This document shows positions 33,635 to 43,929 of a stretch of 64,000 bases of DNA, one piece after another (position 1 is the stretch's first letter; each line of letters starts with the position of its first letter). The stretch spans positions 285-64,284 of the forward strand of contig JADDKJ010000015.1 of NCBI GenBank assembly GCA_033717875.1. Direction: 5' to 3'. Origin of the DNA: Gammaproteobacteria bacterium (GTDB lineage Bacteria; Pseudomonadota; Gammaproteobacteria; Ga0077554; Ga007554). Position numbers and translations under genes: made by a program. The notes under the pieces are model-generated. The model saw only the letters and a program-made list of their open reading frames with translations. It did no database searches and was not told where the DNA came from.

Positions 33635-34996
33635 TCAGGTGTTGGAGTCATCATGCAGGCTCGGGCTTGCACCGCTGCCGCCGTGATCGCCCGAGCGCAG
33701 CGTGTGTGCCGCTGTCGAGACCGCATGGCCTGCCTGCTGTTTGCGCCGCATTTGTTTGGCCCAGGCGGGCTCTGCCGCAGGGGGCTTGGCTTCGGCTGCA
33801 TCGGCCGATTCGGTAGAACTCGCTGCCGCTGCAGGCGTAGCAGCCTCCGCGACGAAATTCGCCACGCGGTCCTTGGCCGCTTTTGCGCCGGCGGCGACGC
33901 GCTGGCCGACAGCTCCGGCGCCGCTCCTGGCTACATTGGCGAAGCCCGCGCCAGCAGCACGAACACCGCTGCTCCCAGATGCCGCAGCGCCGGCCTCGTA
34001 AGCGGACTTCGCACCGCTTGCCATCGCGCTGGTCGCGCGGCCGGCCGATGCAGCGCCACCGATGGCGGCGCGTGCTGCACCCGGCACCATGCGCGCACCC
34101 GCCGCTACCGCCGCGCCACCCGTGGCGATAGCCGCACCTCCAGCCACCGCCAAACCAGCGACACCCAGCGCCGTGCCGGCCGCCGCACCGGCTCCGAGTT
34201 GCGGCGCTCCCGATACCAGCCCGGTTGCAATTCCCGGCCCGAAGATCCCCAGTCCCAGCATCGCCAGCGAGGCCAGCATGATGGTCAGCGCCAGGTCGAT
34301 GGAGGGCTCGGTACCGGGCGGCACTTGGAACTGTGCAAACAGTCCTGTGCCGATGCCCACAATTACTGCCAGCACCAGCACTTTAATGCCCGACGACACC
34401 ACGTTGCCCAATACGCGCTCGGCCAAAAATGCCGTCTTGTTCCACAACGCAAACGGCACCAGGACGAAGCCCGCGAGTGTGGTCAGCTTGAACTCGATCA
34501 GCGTCACGAAGAGCTGCACGGCGAGCACGAAGAAGCTCACGATCACCACCAGCCAGGCGAGAAACAGCACAGTGATGACATCGAGGTTCGCGAAGACTTC
34601 GGGGAAGCCCGTCATGTCGCTGATCTGCGCCATGATCGGCCGCGCCGCATCGACGCCGACCTTGGCCAATTGGCCCGGCTGCAACAACTGCGCTTGCGTC
34701 AGCGTAGAACCCGACGCCACCAGACCGAGTCCGGCAAACGAGCGGAACAGGATGCCTGCCAGATTGTTGAAGTTGCCGATGATGAAAGCGAAGGCGCCGA
34801 CGTACAGCGTCTTCTTGATTAGCTTGCCGATCACGTCCTCACCGCCCATGGCCCAGAAAAGACCCGCCAGCGTCATGTCGATCACCACCAGCGTCGCGGT
34901 CAGGAACGCCACCTCGCTACCGAGCAGTCCGAACCCGGAATCGATGTAGCGCGAGAAGACATCGAGGAAGCGGTCGATGACCGACAGGTCGTTCAT
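33635..34996 (-). CDS. trbL: Conjugal transfer protein TrbL (VirB6)
   Basis: YIDSGFGLL, IEFKLTTLAGFVLVPF, GLVSGAPQLGAG, Ala/Gly-rich tail. Confidence 0.95.
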   Translation of the reverse strand: MNDLSVIDRFLDVFSRYIDSGFGLLGSEVAFLTATLVVIDMTLAGLFWAMGGEDVIGKLIKKTLYVGAFAFIIGNFNNLAGILFRSFAGLGLVASGSTLTQAQLLQPGQLAKVGVDAARPIMAQISDMTGFPEVFANLDVITVLFLAWLVVIVSFFVLAVQLFVTLIEFKLTTLAGFVLVPFALWNKTAFLAERVLGNVVSSGIKVLVLAVIVGIGTGLFAQFQVPPGTEPSIDLALTIMLASLAMLGLGIFGPGIATGLVSGAPQLGAGAAAGTALGVAGLAVAGGAAIATGGAAVAAGARMVPGAARAAIGGAASAGRATSAMASGAKSAYEAGAAASGSSGVRAAGAGFANVARSGAGAVGQRVAAGAKAAKDRVANFVAEAATPAAAASSTESADAAEAKPPAAEPAWAKQMRRKQQAGHAVSTAAHTLRSGDHGGSGASPSLHDDSNT

Positions 34997-34999
34997 GAC

Positions 35000-35263
35000 T
35001 CAGTCTTTCGGTGCGGAAGGTGGTACAGCCGATGGTGCGGGCGTGTACGGCGTGCCGCTGCTCATGAAGCGCCGCCGCATGGCTTCGGCGGCCATGTTGC
35101 ATAGGGCATCACCGGCCTTGGCGTGGTCGGCCTTGCATTGCGCTCGGACTTCTCTCAGTCGATCGGGATGGGCCACCAGCGATTCGACAGTATCGGTGGA
35201 TTCAGACTTACCGCACGCGGCGAGCAGCAGCGCGCAGGCGGCAGCGATGGGGAGGCTCTTCAT
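35000..35263 (-). CDS. EexN/TrbK-like entry-exclusion lipoprotein (copy 1)
   Basis: Lipobox LAAC, TVESLVAHPDRL...C......C...RRRF. Canonical trbK position between trbJ and trbL. Confidence 0.85.
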   Translation of the reverse strand: MKSLPIAAACALLLAACGKSESTDTVESLVAHPDRLREVRAQCKADHAKAGDALCNMAAEAMRRRFMSSGTPYTPAPSAVPPSAPKD

Positions 35264-35274
35264 GGAGGGCTCCT

Positions 35275-36004
35275 TCAGTTGCCGTAGAAATTGACCGTAT
35301 ACGGCGTATAGGGCGTGCCATCGCCCTGGAAGCGGCGGCGCACCTCGCGGGCGCGCTCCTGCACAGCAACTTGCCGCGCCTGTTCCAAGGCGGCAGCGCG
35401 GTTCTGCGTGATCTGGAGTTGCTGCGCTTGGATGGCTTGCCGGGCTTGCAAGGCGAGCAACTGGTTCGTCGCCTGCGTGGCCTGCAAAGCACCGGCCGCC
35501 GACTGGCTGCGATTCACCAGGTTGGTCAAGGTCTGCATCGTCCGATGCGAAGTTCTGCACCGCTTGCGATTGCACCTTAGTCGCAGTGCGCAGAGCCTCC
35601 AATGAATTGCGCCACCGTGTGCGCGCATCCGTGGCCATCTGGCTACCCGAGGTGGAGGCTGAGTAGGCATCGGGATAGAGCCGCGCGAACTCGGTTTCCA
35701 TCTGCGATACATTGAAGGCCAGTCCCTGCGCCTGCTGAATCAACTGGTTCGTCGCGGACAGTGCTGCGCGTAGCTCATTGAGCGCGCTGAAGTCCAGGCT
35801 GGTCAGGTTCTTGGCGTCGTTCATCAGCATCTGCGCTTCGTTCTGGAGTTGCCTGATCTGGTTGTTGATTTGCTCCAGCGCACGGGCGGCCGTCATGATG
35901 TTCTGCACGAGGTTGCTGGGATCAATCACAACCCACTGCGCCTGCGCAGCGGGCATGGCGGTCACGAGCACAGCGGTGACAATTGCAAGCAAGGTCTTCT
36001 TCAT
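35275..36004 (-). pseudogene. trbJ: TrbJ (VirB5-like) with a +1 frameshift near 35537
   Basis: VIDPSNLVQN..TAARALEQINNQI in one frame; QTLTNLV..SQSAAGALQATQATNQLLALQ continues in another. Confidence 0.88.
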
Positions 36005-38430
36005 GGCTGCTTCTCCTGGGTGATGGTTGGAAATGACGGAATGAGGTCGGCGGCCCAGTCAAGGCCGCGATGACGCAGCCAGGCGGCGGCGAAGTCCGCA
36101 GGCGGCACCGACGCGGAAACGGCATCGATGGCGCGCTGGTCTTCGGGCTTCGCCACACCAGCAAATGCCAGCGTCACCGGCCCGAGTCCCAGATCGAAGA
36201 CCCGATTGCCGAGTCTCGACTGGTAGTAGTAATCGCGCTTGGGCTGTGCGGTCGCCACGATATCGATCTGCCGCGTATTGAGGCCGAAGCCTTCGTAGAC
36301 TGAGCGAATCTGTGGTTCGGTCGCCTGCGGGTTGGGCAGGAAGATACGGTTCACGCAGCTCTCGACAATGGCCGGGGCGATGGTGGAATCTTTGATGTCC
36401 GCCAGCGACTGTGTGGCGAAGATGACAGAGACGTTCTTCTTACGCAGCGTCTTGAGCCACTGCCGGATACGCGCGGCGAACACCGGGTCGTCGAGGAACA
36501 GCCAAGCTTCATCGAGGATCAACAGCGTCGGGGCACCGTCGAGGCGTTCCTCGAAGCGCGCGAACAGGTAGCGCAGCACGGCCAGCGCCGCCGCCTTGCT
36601 GTGCATCAGCTCTTCCATCTCAAATGCCTGCACGTCGGCGCAACCGAGCCGATCATGGTCGGCGTCGAGCAGCTTGCCGTGCGCGCCGCCCAGCACATAA
36701 GGTTGCAGGGCCTGTCGCAGTGCGTTCGATTGCAGCAGCACAGACAAGCCGGTCAGGGTGCGCTGATCGAGCGGCGCGCTGGCGAGACTGTTCAGCGCCG
36801 ACCACACGGACTCCTTCTCGGCCGGCCCGACGGCCACGCCTTCGTGAATCAAGCGGCCTTGGACCCAATCCGCCGCCCAGGCGCGGTAACTGTCCTGATC
36901 GATATGGGCCAGTGGCTGGAAGGCGATGGCGCCGTCGGCGCCCAGTTCGTAATGCTCGCCACCCAGCCCAAGCACGGTGGCGCGAATGGAGCGTCCCATG
37001 TCGAAAGCGAAGATGCGCGACCCGGCATAGCGGCGGAACTGCAATGCCAGCGTCGCGAGCAGCACCGATTTGCCCATTCCGATGGGGCCGACTACCAAGG
37101 TATTGCCTACGTCGCCAATGTGCGTGACCAGCCTGAACGGTGTCGAGCCATCGGTGCGCGTCACGATCAGCGGCGGACCTTCGAGGTGCGCATTGCGCTC
37201 TTGCCCGGCCCACACCGCCGACACTGGCATCATATGGGCCAGATTCAAGGTCGAGACGATGGGCTGGCGCACGTTGGCGTAGGCATGTCCCGGAATCGAC
37301 GACAGCCAGGCATCGACCGCGTTCAAAGTTTCTGGGATCGTCACGAAGCCTCGGCCCTGAATGGTTCGCTCTATGGCGCGCAGCTTCTCGTCGGCAGCGG
37401 TTGCATCGGTATCGAGTACCGTCACGGTTGCGGTGACGAAGCCAAACGACACCTGATCGCCGCCCAACTCTTGCAATGCCGCATCGGCATCGGCCGCCTT
37501 GTTCGACGCATCGGAATCGACCAACGGACTCTCCTGCTGGAAGACGGTTTCGCGCAGCAGCGCGACGATGTTCTTGCGCTTGGCGAACCACTGGCGGCGC
37601 AAACGCCCCAGCTCGCGCTCGGCCTCGGCCTTGTCCAGGCACAGAAAGCGTGTGCTCCAGCGGTAGGCAAAGCCCAGGCGGTTGAGGTCATCGAGCAGGC
37701 CGGGCCAGGTCGAAGTCGGAAAGCCGCGTACCGACACCACGCGCAGATGCTGGCTCCCAAGCATCGGTGTGAGTCCACCCGTCAATGGCTCATCAGCCAG
37801 CAGCGCATCGAGGTGCATCGGCACCTCGGGCACGGCCACCGGATGCCGGCGCGTGGACACGCAGGCATGCAGGTAGGTCAAGGTCTGGCCATCATCGAGC
37901 CAGCCGATCTCGGGCATCACGCCTTCGAGCAAACCGAAGAAACGTTCGGTCTCCGAAACGAAGCCCTCCAGCCGCTCGCGCCAATCCACGCCTTCGACCT
38001 TGGTGTTCTCGTACAGCAGCTTCGCGGCGCGTGCTGCCGATTCCTCGGGCGGCAAGTACAGCAGCGTCAGGTGGTACGCGCTCTCGAAGTGGCTATCGGC
38101 CTCCTCAAAAGCGGCGCGGCGCTCTTCATCGACCAGCCAGGACAGTGGCTCGGGGAACGTAGAATTTGGATAGTTCGCCGCTTCGTGCCGTTCGGCCTCC
38201 ACGAACAGCGCCCAGCCGGAACCAAGCCAACGCAACGCGTTGTTCAACCGCGCAGAGGTTGCGACCAGTTCGCCTTGCGTAGCGCTGTCCAGGTCTGGCC
38301 CGCGAAACCGTGCCGTGCGCTGGAACGAGCCGTCCTTGTTGAGTACGACGCCAGGTGCGACCAGTCCCGCCCAAGGTAGCCAGTCGGCCAACAGCGCGGG
38401 GCGTTTACGGTATTCGGCAAGGTGCATCAT
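36001..38430 (-). CDS. trbE: Conjugal transfer ATPase TrbE (VirB4)
   Basis: LNKDGSFQRT..FRGPDL, Walker A GPIGMGKS, ILDEAW, WLKTLRKKN. Confidence 0.96.
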   Translation of the reverse strand: MMHLAEYRKRPALLADWLPWAGLVAPGVVLNKDGSFQRTARFRGPDLDSATQGELVATSARLNNALRWLGSGWALFVEAERHEAANYPNSTFPEPLSWLVDEERRAAFEEADSHFESAYHLTLLYLPPEESAARAAKLLYENTKVEGVDWRERLEGFVSETERFFGLLEGVMPEIGWLDDGQTLTYLHACVSTRRHPVAVPEVPMHLDALLADEPLTGGLTPMLGSQHLRVVSVRGFPTSTWPGLLDDLNRLGFAYRWSTRFLCLDKAEAERELGRLRRQWFAKRKNIVALLRETVFQQESPLVDSDASNKAADADAALQELGGDQVSFGFVTATVTVLDTDATAADEKLRAIERTIQGRGFVTIPETLNAVDAWLSSIPGHAYANVRQPIVSTLNLAHMMPVSAVWAGQERNAHLEGPPLIVTRTDGSTPFRLVTHIGDVGNTLVVGPIGMGKSVLLATLALQFRRYAGSRIFAFDMGRSIRATVLGLGGEHYELGADGAIAFQPLAHIDQDSYRAWAADWVQGRLIHEGVAVGPAEKESVWSALNSLASAPLDQRTLTGLSVLLQSNALRQALQPYVLGGAHGKLLDADHDRLGCADVQAFEMEELMHSKAAALAVLRYLFARFEERLDGAPTLLILDEAWLFLDDPVFAARIRQWLKTLRKKNVSVIFATQSLADIKDSTIAPAIVESCVNRIFLPNPQATEPQIRSVYEGFGLNTRQIDIVATAQPKRDYYYQSRLGNRVFDLGLGPVTLAFAGVAKPEDQRAIDAVSASVPPADFAAAWLRHRGLDWAADLIPSFPTITQEKQP

Positions 38431-38440
38431 GGTCTTCGCC

Positions 38441-38713
38441 TCAAACGTCCAGCAGCGTGCGGTGCTTGATGTGCCGCGCGAACACGGCCATGAACTGCGC
38501 ATCCAGCCGCGCGCCCCAGACCGCCAGCGAGTGCCCAACAATCCACAGCGCAATACCGGGCAGCCAGAGTTGCAGCCCGAGCCCCACGGCGGCGGCCAGC
38601 GTGCCGTTGGCAATCGCCACGGTGCGCGGTGCGCCACCCAGCAGAATGGGTTCGGTCAACGAACGGTGCAGCGGCACTTCGAAGCCGGGTGCGTCAGCAG
38701 GCAGCGCGTTCAT
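38441..38713 (-). CDS. trbD: Conjugal transfer protein TrbD (VirB3)
   Basis: PLHRSLTEPILLGGAPR..AIANGT. Confidence 0.92.
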   Translation of the reverse strand: MNALPADAPGFEVPLHRSLTEPILLGGAPRTVAIANGTLAAAVGLGLQLWLPGIALWIVGHSLAVWGARLDAQFMAVFARHIKHRTLLDV

Positions 38714-39042
38714 GCGATCACCGCTCCACCGCTGAAGCTGAAGAAGGTCAGGAAAAATGATGAGGCGGCGAAGGCGATCGACAGGCCGAAGACGATCTGC
38801 ACCAGCTTGCGAAAGCCGCCGCTGGTGTCACCGAAGGCCAGCGTCAACCCGGTGGCAATGATGATGATCACCGCGATGATGCGAGCCACCGGCCCCTGGA
38901 TCGAGTCCAGCACCGATTGCAACGGTGCTTCCCACGGCATGTTCGACCCCGCCGCGTGCGCGGGAATGCCGATGGCCAGCAGCAATGCGGCGAGGGCTAC
39001 GAATTGCAAGGCAGGTTTTACGGAAATGCGTGAAGTCGTCAT
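38710..39042 (-). CDS. trbC: Pilin TrbC (VirB2)
   Basis: AHA signal, MPWEAPLQSVLDSIQGPVA, LAFGDTSGGFRKL. Confidence 0.93.
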   Translation of the reverse strand: MTTSRISVKPALQFVALAALLLAIGIPAHAAGSNMPWEAPLQSVLDSIQGPVARIIAVIIIIATGLTLAFGDTSGGFRKLVQIVFGLSIAFAASSFFLTFFSFSGGAVIA

Positions 39043-40055
39043 GACGGTTCTCCGGGAGTTGATGAAAGTAAAGGGACGGAAGGCATCAGCTCGGCGCTGA
39101 GTTGGTAGCCGTGGCTGTCGAAGCCAATGACGCGGGCGATTTCCTGCACGCGGCGTGCATGGCCGCGACCGGCGATGTAGACGATGACGTTCACGGCCTC
39201 GGCGATCAGGGCACGTGGTGCGGTCACGGCGACTTCGAGAATCAGTTGTTCCAGCCGCAGCAACGCGCCCGCTGCGGAACCGGCATGGACGGTGGCGATG
39301 CCTCCCGGATGGCCGGTGCCCCAAGCCTTGAGCAGATCCAGCGCTTCGGCGCCGCGCACTTCACCCACGACGATGCGGTCTGGCCGCAGCCGTAATGTCG
39401 AGCGCACCAGCTCGGCCATGGTCACGATGCCAGCACGAGTGCGCAGCGGTACATGGTCGCGCGCCGTACATTGCAGCTCCACCGTGTCTTCCAGCACGAT
39501 CACGCGGTCGCCGGTGGCCGCGACCTCGTCGAGTAGGGCATTTGCCAGCGTGGTTTTGCCGGTGCTGGTGCCGCCCGCGATCAGGATGTTCTGGCGTTCG
39601 CGCACCGCGTCGCGCAGGAATTCCGCCTGAACTTCGGTCAGGATGCCATCGGCCACGTAGGCGTCGAGCCGGATCAGACCGACCGCGCGTTTCCGTAGCG
39701 CGAAGACCGGCCCCGGCGTCACGGGTGGCAGAGCACCCTCGAAACGTTCGCCGGTCTCGGGTAGTTCGGCGGATAGCAGCGGCTTGCCCGCATGCACCTC
39801 GGCACACACATGCGCTGCGACCAGGCGGATGATGCGTTCGCCATCGGCGGGCGTGAGGCTGACACCCAGTGGTTCGCGGCCGCTGCCCAGTCGATCCACC
39901 CAGAGGGAGCCGTCCGGATTCAGCATGACTTCCACCACGTCTGGGTCGTTCAAAGCCTTGGCGATGTCCGGCCCCATCGCCGTGCGCAGCATACGCACGC
40001 GACGTTCCAGTGCCAGCGAGGCCGACACGCCTTGATCGTGCGGCGCGCTGCTCAC
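39039..40055 (-). CDS. trbB: P-type conjugative ATPase TrbB (VirB11)
   Basis: VEVMLNPDG.LW, GGTSTGKTT, EDTVEL, LRLRPDRIVVGEVRG, WGTGHPGG. Confidence 0.96.
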   Translation of the reverse strand: MSSAPHDQGVSASLALERRVRMLRTAMGPDIAKALNDPDVVEVMLNPDGSLWVDRLGSGREPLGVSLTPADGERIIRLVAAHVCAEVHAGKPLLSAELPETGERFEGALPPVTPGPVFALRKRAVGLIRLDAYVADGILTEVQAEFLRDAVRERQNILIAGGTSTGKTTLANALLDEVAATGDRVIVLEDTVELQCTARDHVPLRTRAGIVTMAELVRSTLRLRPDRIVVGEVRGAEALDLLKAWGTGHPGGIATVHAGSAAGALLRLEQLILEVAVTAPRALIAEAVNVIVYIAGRGHARRVQEIARVIGFDSHGYQLSAELMPSVPLLSSTPGEPS

Positions 40056-40534
40056 GACGGTACTCCCGGTTCGTCTGTTGACGACACGGTGTTGTCGTTT
40101 TCCTGCAAGCTGAAGAATTGGCTCTGATCAGGCTGGATTTCTTCGACCACATCCTTGACCAAGCTGCGCCCGCGCAGCAGATGCCGGCCGAGCTGCTCGA
40201 TGAACTGCTCGAAGCGTGCGCGGCCCTGGGCGCGCGCTGCCTCCTGATGCGCTTCCGGCACCGGGGTACTGACGGTGAGGAAATAGCGCACGTAGAGCGC
40301 CAGCGTTTCGATCAAGATGTTCTGGTCGCGCTCCAGCTTATCGAGTTGGCGGGATAGTCGGTCCAGTCGTTTGGCGATGGCGGCTTCGCGCTGATCGCCG
40401 GAATCGGGCGAGAGAAACGAGGCCAGTGCGGCGGCGATGATGGAGGACTTGGACAAGCCCTTCATGGTCGCCAGCTCGTCGAGCCGCTTGGCGTGCTCGG
40501 GCTCGATGAAGAGGTTCAGACGGGTGCGGCTCAC
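40052..40534 (-). CDS. CopG/ribbon-helix-helix protein of the Tn4371-type tra region
   Basis: RLNLFI...L..LA...SKSSIIAAALASFLSPD, ETLALYVRYFL. Lies between traG and trbB. Confidence 0.88.
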   Translation of the reverse strand: MSRTRLNLFIEPEHAKRLDELATMKGLSKSSIIAAALASFLSPDSGDQREAAIAKRLDRLSRQLDKLERDQNILIETLALYVRYFLTVSTPVPEAHQEAARAQGRARFEQFIEQLGRHLLRGRSLVKDVVEEIQPDQSQFFSLQENDNTVSSTDEPGVPS

Positions 40535-42522
40535 AGCGCGATTCCGTCGTCAGGATCGAGTACTGCTAGCCGCGCCGTGCGTTGCTGACGTGGATCGAGC
40601 TGGGCGGGCAAGGGCAGCGGCAGGTCGTCGTCATCAAGCAAGCCCAGGTCGTCCACCGCGCGTTCGGGCTCTGGAGTGAACACGACTTCGGCCAGCTCCG
40701 GCTGCTGCTGACGACCGCCGTCGTCGATGGCCTCACCGTGTGCAGGCAACACCAAGCCGAGAATCGGCGCAGCGGGGATCGCCAGCGCCGTCCAGTCGTC
40801 GGGTCGTGGTGCCGGTACATCGGCGTAGTGCCCGAGCAGCAATGGCGGCGGTGCCTGCATGCGCGTCTTGAAATTCGCATCCAGGTAGTACCGAATTTTT
40901 TGCGCCTTGATCGGTGGATGGCCGGACACCATCACCACCTCGTCATCGGGCGGCAATTGCATGACTTCACCGGGCGTGAGCAGTGGTCGAGCCGTCTCCT
41001 GTCGTGACACCATCAGGTGCCCGAGCCACGGTGCCAGCCGGTGGCCCGCGTAGTTGCGTTGCGCGCGCAATTCGGTCGCGGTGCCCAATGCTTCGGAAAT
41101 GCGCTTGGCGGTGCGCTCGTCGTTGGTTGCAAACGCGATCCGCACATGGCAGTTGTCGAGGATCGAATGGTTCTGGCCGTAGGCCTTGTCGATCTGGTTC
41201 AGCGATTGCGCGATCAGGAAGGCGCGCAGGCCGTAGCCCGCCATGAAGGCCAGGGCGGACTCGAAGAAGTCGAGCCGACCCAGCGCCGGGAACTCGTCCA
41301 ACATCAGCAGCAGCTTGTGGCGACGCGCGATGCCGTCGCTACCGTCGAGCGATTCTGTGAGGCGTCGGCCGATCTGGTTGAGGATCAACCGGATCAGCGG
41401 CTTGGTGCGACTGATGTCCGAGGGTGGCACCACCAGATAGAGCGACACCGGATGATCGGCATCGATCAGGTCGGCGATGCGCCAGTCGCAACGCGAGGTC
41501 ACTTCGGCCACTGTGGGATCGCGGTACAGGCCGAGGAAACTCATCGCGGTGGACAGCACACCCGAGCGCTCGTTTTCGCTTTTGTTCAGAACCTCGCGTG
41601 CAGCGGAGGCGACTACGGGATGCGGCATTTCGCCCAGGTGCCGTGTCGTCATCATTCGGTGCAATGTGACTTCGAACGGGCAGGCCGGATCGGACAGGAA
41701 GTTGGCGACGCCGCGCAGTGTCTTGTCCTCGCCCGCGTAGAGTACATGCAGGATCGCGCCGACCAGCAAAGCATGGGAAGTCTTTTCCCAATGGTTGCGC
41801 CGCTCCAGCGCGCCTTCGGGATCGACCAGGATGTCGGCGATGTTCTGCACGTCGCGCACCTCGTGCATGCCGCGTCGCACTTCGAGTAGTGGGTTGTACG
41901 CGGCAGACCGTGCATCGGTTGGGTTGAACAGCAGGCAGTGCGAGAAACGCGAGCGCCAACCGGCGGTCAAGATCCAGTTCTCGCCCTTGATGTCGTGGAT
42001 GACGGCGGAGCCGGGCCACGAAAGCAGCGTCGGCACCACCAGGCCGACGCCCTTGCCGGATCGCGTTGGCGCGAAAGCCATCACATGCTCGGGACCGTCG
42101 TGGCGCAGGTAGTCGCCATCTTTGCGGCCCAGGAAAACTCCGGCTGGTCCAGTCAGGCCGGAATGGCGGATTTCAGTGGGGAGCGCCCAGCGTGCCGAAC
42201 CGTAGGTCGTGACCAGCTTGGACTGCCGCGCACGCCACACAGACATCGCAATAGCGACGAGGGCACCGGCGAAACCGCTGCATGCCGCGATGACACCGCC
42301 GCGCAGGAAAATGTCGGGCGCGTAGGCATCGAAGAAGTACCACCACTCGAACAGCCGCCACGGGTGATAGACCGGCATACCGAGCAGGTCGAACCACGGC
42401 GCGCCCAGGCGTAGCTGGTAGCCCAGTTGTGCTGCGGTCCATTGGGTGGCGCCCCACGTTCCCGCGATCACGATCCCGAACACCGCCAGGATCTGACCGA
42501 ATAGCACACTGGTTCCCTGCAT
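40531..42522 (-). CDS. traG: Type IV coupling protein TraG (VirD4)
   Basis: FAPTRSGKGVGLVVP, HDIKGENW, LMLDEFPALG, RPLLTPGE. Confidence 0.96.
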   Translation of the reverse strand: MQGTSVLFGQILAVFGIVIAGTWGATQWTAAQLGYQLRLGAPWFDLLGMPVYHPWRLFEWWYFFDAYAPDIFLRGGVIAACSGFAGALVAIAMSVWRARQSKLVTTYGSARWALPTEIRHSGLTGPAGVFLGRKDGDYLRHDGPEHVMAFAPTRSGKGVGLVVPTLLSWPGSAVIHDIKGENWILTAGWRSRFSHCLLFNPTDARSAAYNPLLEVRRGMHEVRDVQNIADILVDPEGALERRNHWEKTSHALLVGAILHVLYAGEDKTLRGVANFLSDPACPFEVTLHRMMTTRHLGEMPHPVVASAAREVLNKSENERSGVLSTAMSFLGLYRDPTVAEVTSRCDWRIADLIDADHPVSLYLVVPPSDISRTKPLIRLILNQIGRRLTESLDGSDGIARRHKLLLMLDEFPALGRLDFFESALAFMAGYGLRAFLIAQSLNQIDKAYGQNHSILDNCHVRIAFATNDERTAKRISEALGTATELRAQRNYAGHRLAPWLGHLMVSRQETARPLLTPGEVMQLPPDDEVVMVSGHPPIKAQKIRYYLDANFKTRMQAPPPLLLGHYADVPAPRPDDWTALAIPAAPILGLVLPAHGEAIDDGGRQQQPELAEVVFTPEPERAVDDLGLLDDDDLPLPLPAQLDPRQQRTARLAVLDPDDGIAL

Positions 42523-42811
42523 CTCGACCTCCTGAATTTAGCTCCTGCACAACGTGCGGACAACGATGTGCCGCAGGTGCGAGAGTGAGGGGCGATTCAG
42601 GGCCGGTCAAAGACCGTTATCGGGATAGCGGAGACGAAGAAAACAAGAATTCTAGTTGGGGAAAAACGGAGCGCATCGCTGCAAACGACAGCGCGTTTCG
42701 GCGTGTATCGCGATTCGCCGAAGAGTTATTGATGGATGCCAATAAGCAGGCACATTCCACCGCATACGACAGAAGCCATCCGATAGATGTGTGATGCTCC
42801 GGGTCGAGGCA

Positions 42812-43057
42812 TCAGTTCTGCGGTGCCGACTGCGGTGTGTATTTGCTTTTGCCGTCCCCCATGAAGCGTCGGCGGCGTGCTTCACTCGCCGCGTTGCAGA
42901 GGGCATCGCCCATCTTTGCGTGATTTTCCCTGCACAGACGTTCCACTTCCTTGAGCCGTTCGGGATTGGCGACCAGTGATTCGACGGTGTCCGTCGGAGC
43001 GGACTTTTCGCAGGCGGTCAGAACGAGGGCCAACAGTAGCAGGTCGGTCTTCTTCAT
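42812..43057 (-). CDS. EexN-family lipoprotein (copy 2)
   Basis: Lipobox LTAC, TDTVESLVANPERL...C......C...RRRRFMGDG. Confidence 0.85.
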   Translation of the reverse strand: MKKTDLLLLALVLTACEKSAPTDTVESLVANPERLKEVERLCRENHAKMGDALCNAASEARRRRFMGDGKSKYTPQSAPQN

Positions 43058-43096
43058 GTCGTTTCCTCATGCCCCGTGTGAACACAAGTATGTGTC

Positions 43097-43877
43097 TCAT
43101 GCGGGTTCGTGGGAGTTCATGTTCTTCACCGGCATCGCGCGTTCCATGAAACGACTCAGCGGTCCAGAAGGTTTAGTTTCGGGCCGCAGCAGGTAGGTAG
43201 TCAGCAGGAGTGGTCGTCCAGCCAAGGGGCGGACCACGACTTCGGGATAGCGGAAAACCGTCTTGCCTGTGACCGCCTTCGCAAGCTTCCGGGTGACATA
43301 GCACCAGCGGATAGCGGACCAGTTCCTCCAATGGAATGCGCTTATGCGTCAGCAACGGATGGCGCGCTGGAACAACGATCACCAGCGAATCAATCCACAC
43401 GGGTTCGGCGATGATGCCTTCGCCGACCTCGGCCGCATGGGCGAATCCGGCATCGTACAGGCCACTGGACAGTCCTTTCATTTGCTGAGCCAGTGTCGTT
43501 TCGAACAAGCGGATTTCCACCTCGGGCTCTTCCTCGCGATGTTGCGCGAGCAGAGCGACGAGTTGTGGCGAGGCGATGCCATCAGACAGCGCGATGCGCA
43601 GTGTGCCACGATAGCCAGTGGCAGCCGCCTTGGCACTGGCCTTGGCCTGTTCCAAGGTGGATAGCACCCGCCGCGCCTCGTCCAGGAATACCTGTCCAGC
43701 CCATGTCAACCGGGTGCTCCGCGTAGTGCGCTCGAACAGTTGTATACCCAGGTCGTATTCCAGGTCCTTAATGGCGCGCGATAGTGGGGACTGCTCGATG
43801 TGCAGGCGTTCGGCCGCGCGGGCGAAGTGGAGTTCTTCGGCAACAGCAATGAAGTAGCGCAAGTGGCGGAGTTCCAT
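43097..43877 (-). pseudogene. LysR-family regulator of Tn4371-type ICEs, with internal deletion/frameshift near 43262
   Basis: MELRHLRYF..VAEELHF HTH. The frame breaks after CEGGHRQ; the expected tail VVRPLAGRP.LLTTYLLR...LSRFMER is in another frame, and total length is short for a LysR. Confidence 0.8.
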
Positions 43878-43929
43878 CCCTGGGCCATTAGGTGTCAGCA
43901 GCGTGCAAGTAGCTCCGGGTTGACCGACG

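Noticed and set aside
35000-36004. 334-aa ORF as a genuine novel TrbJ-EexN fusion protein
   Set aside because: Explained by one extra base in trbJ. The eexN part has its own RBS, ATG and lipobox, and the linker is out-of-frame trbJ sequence.
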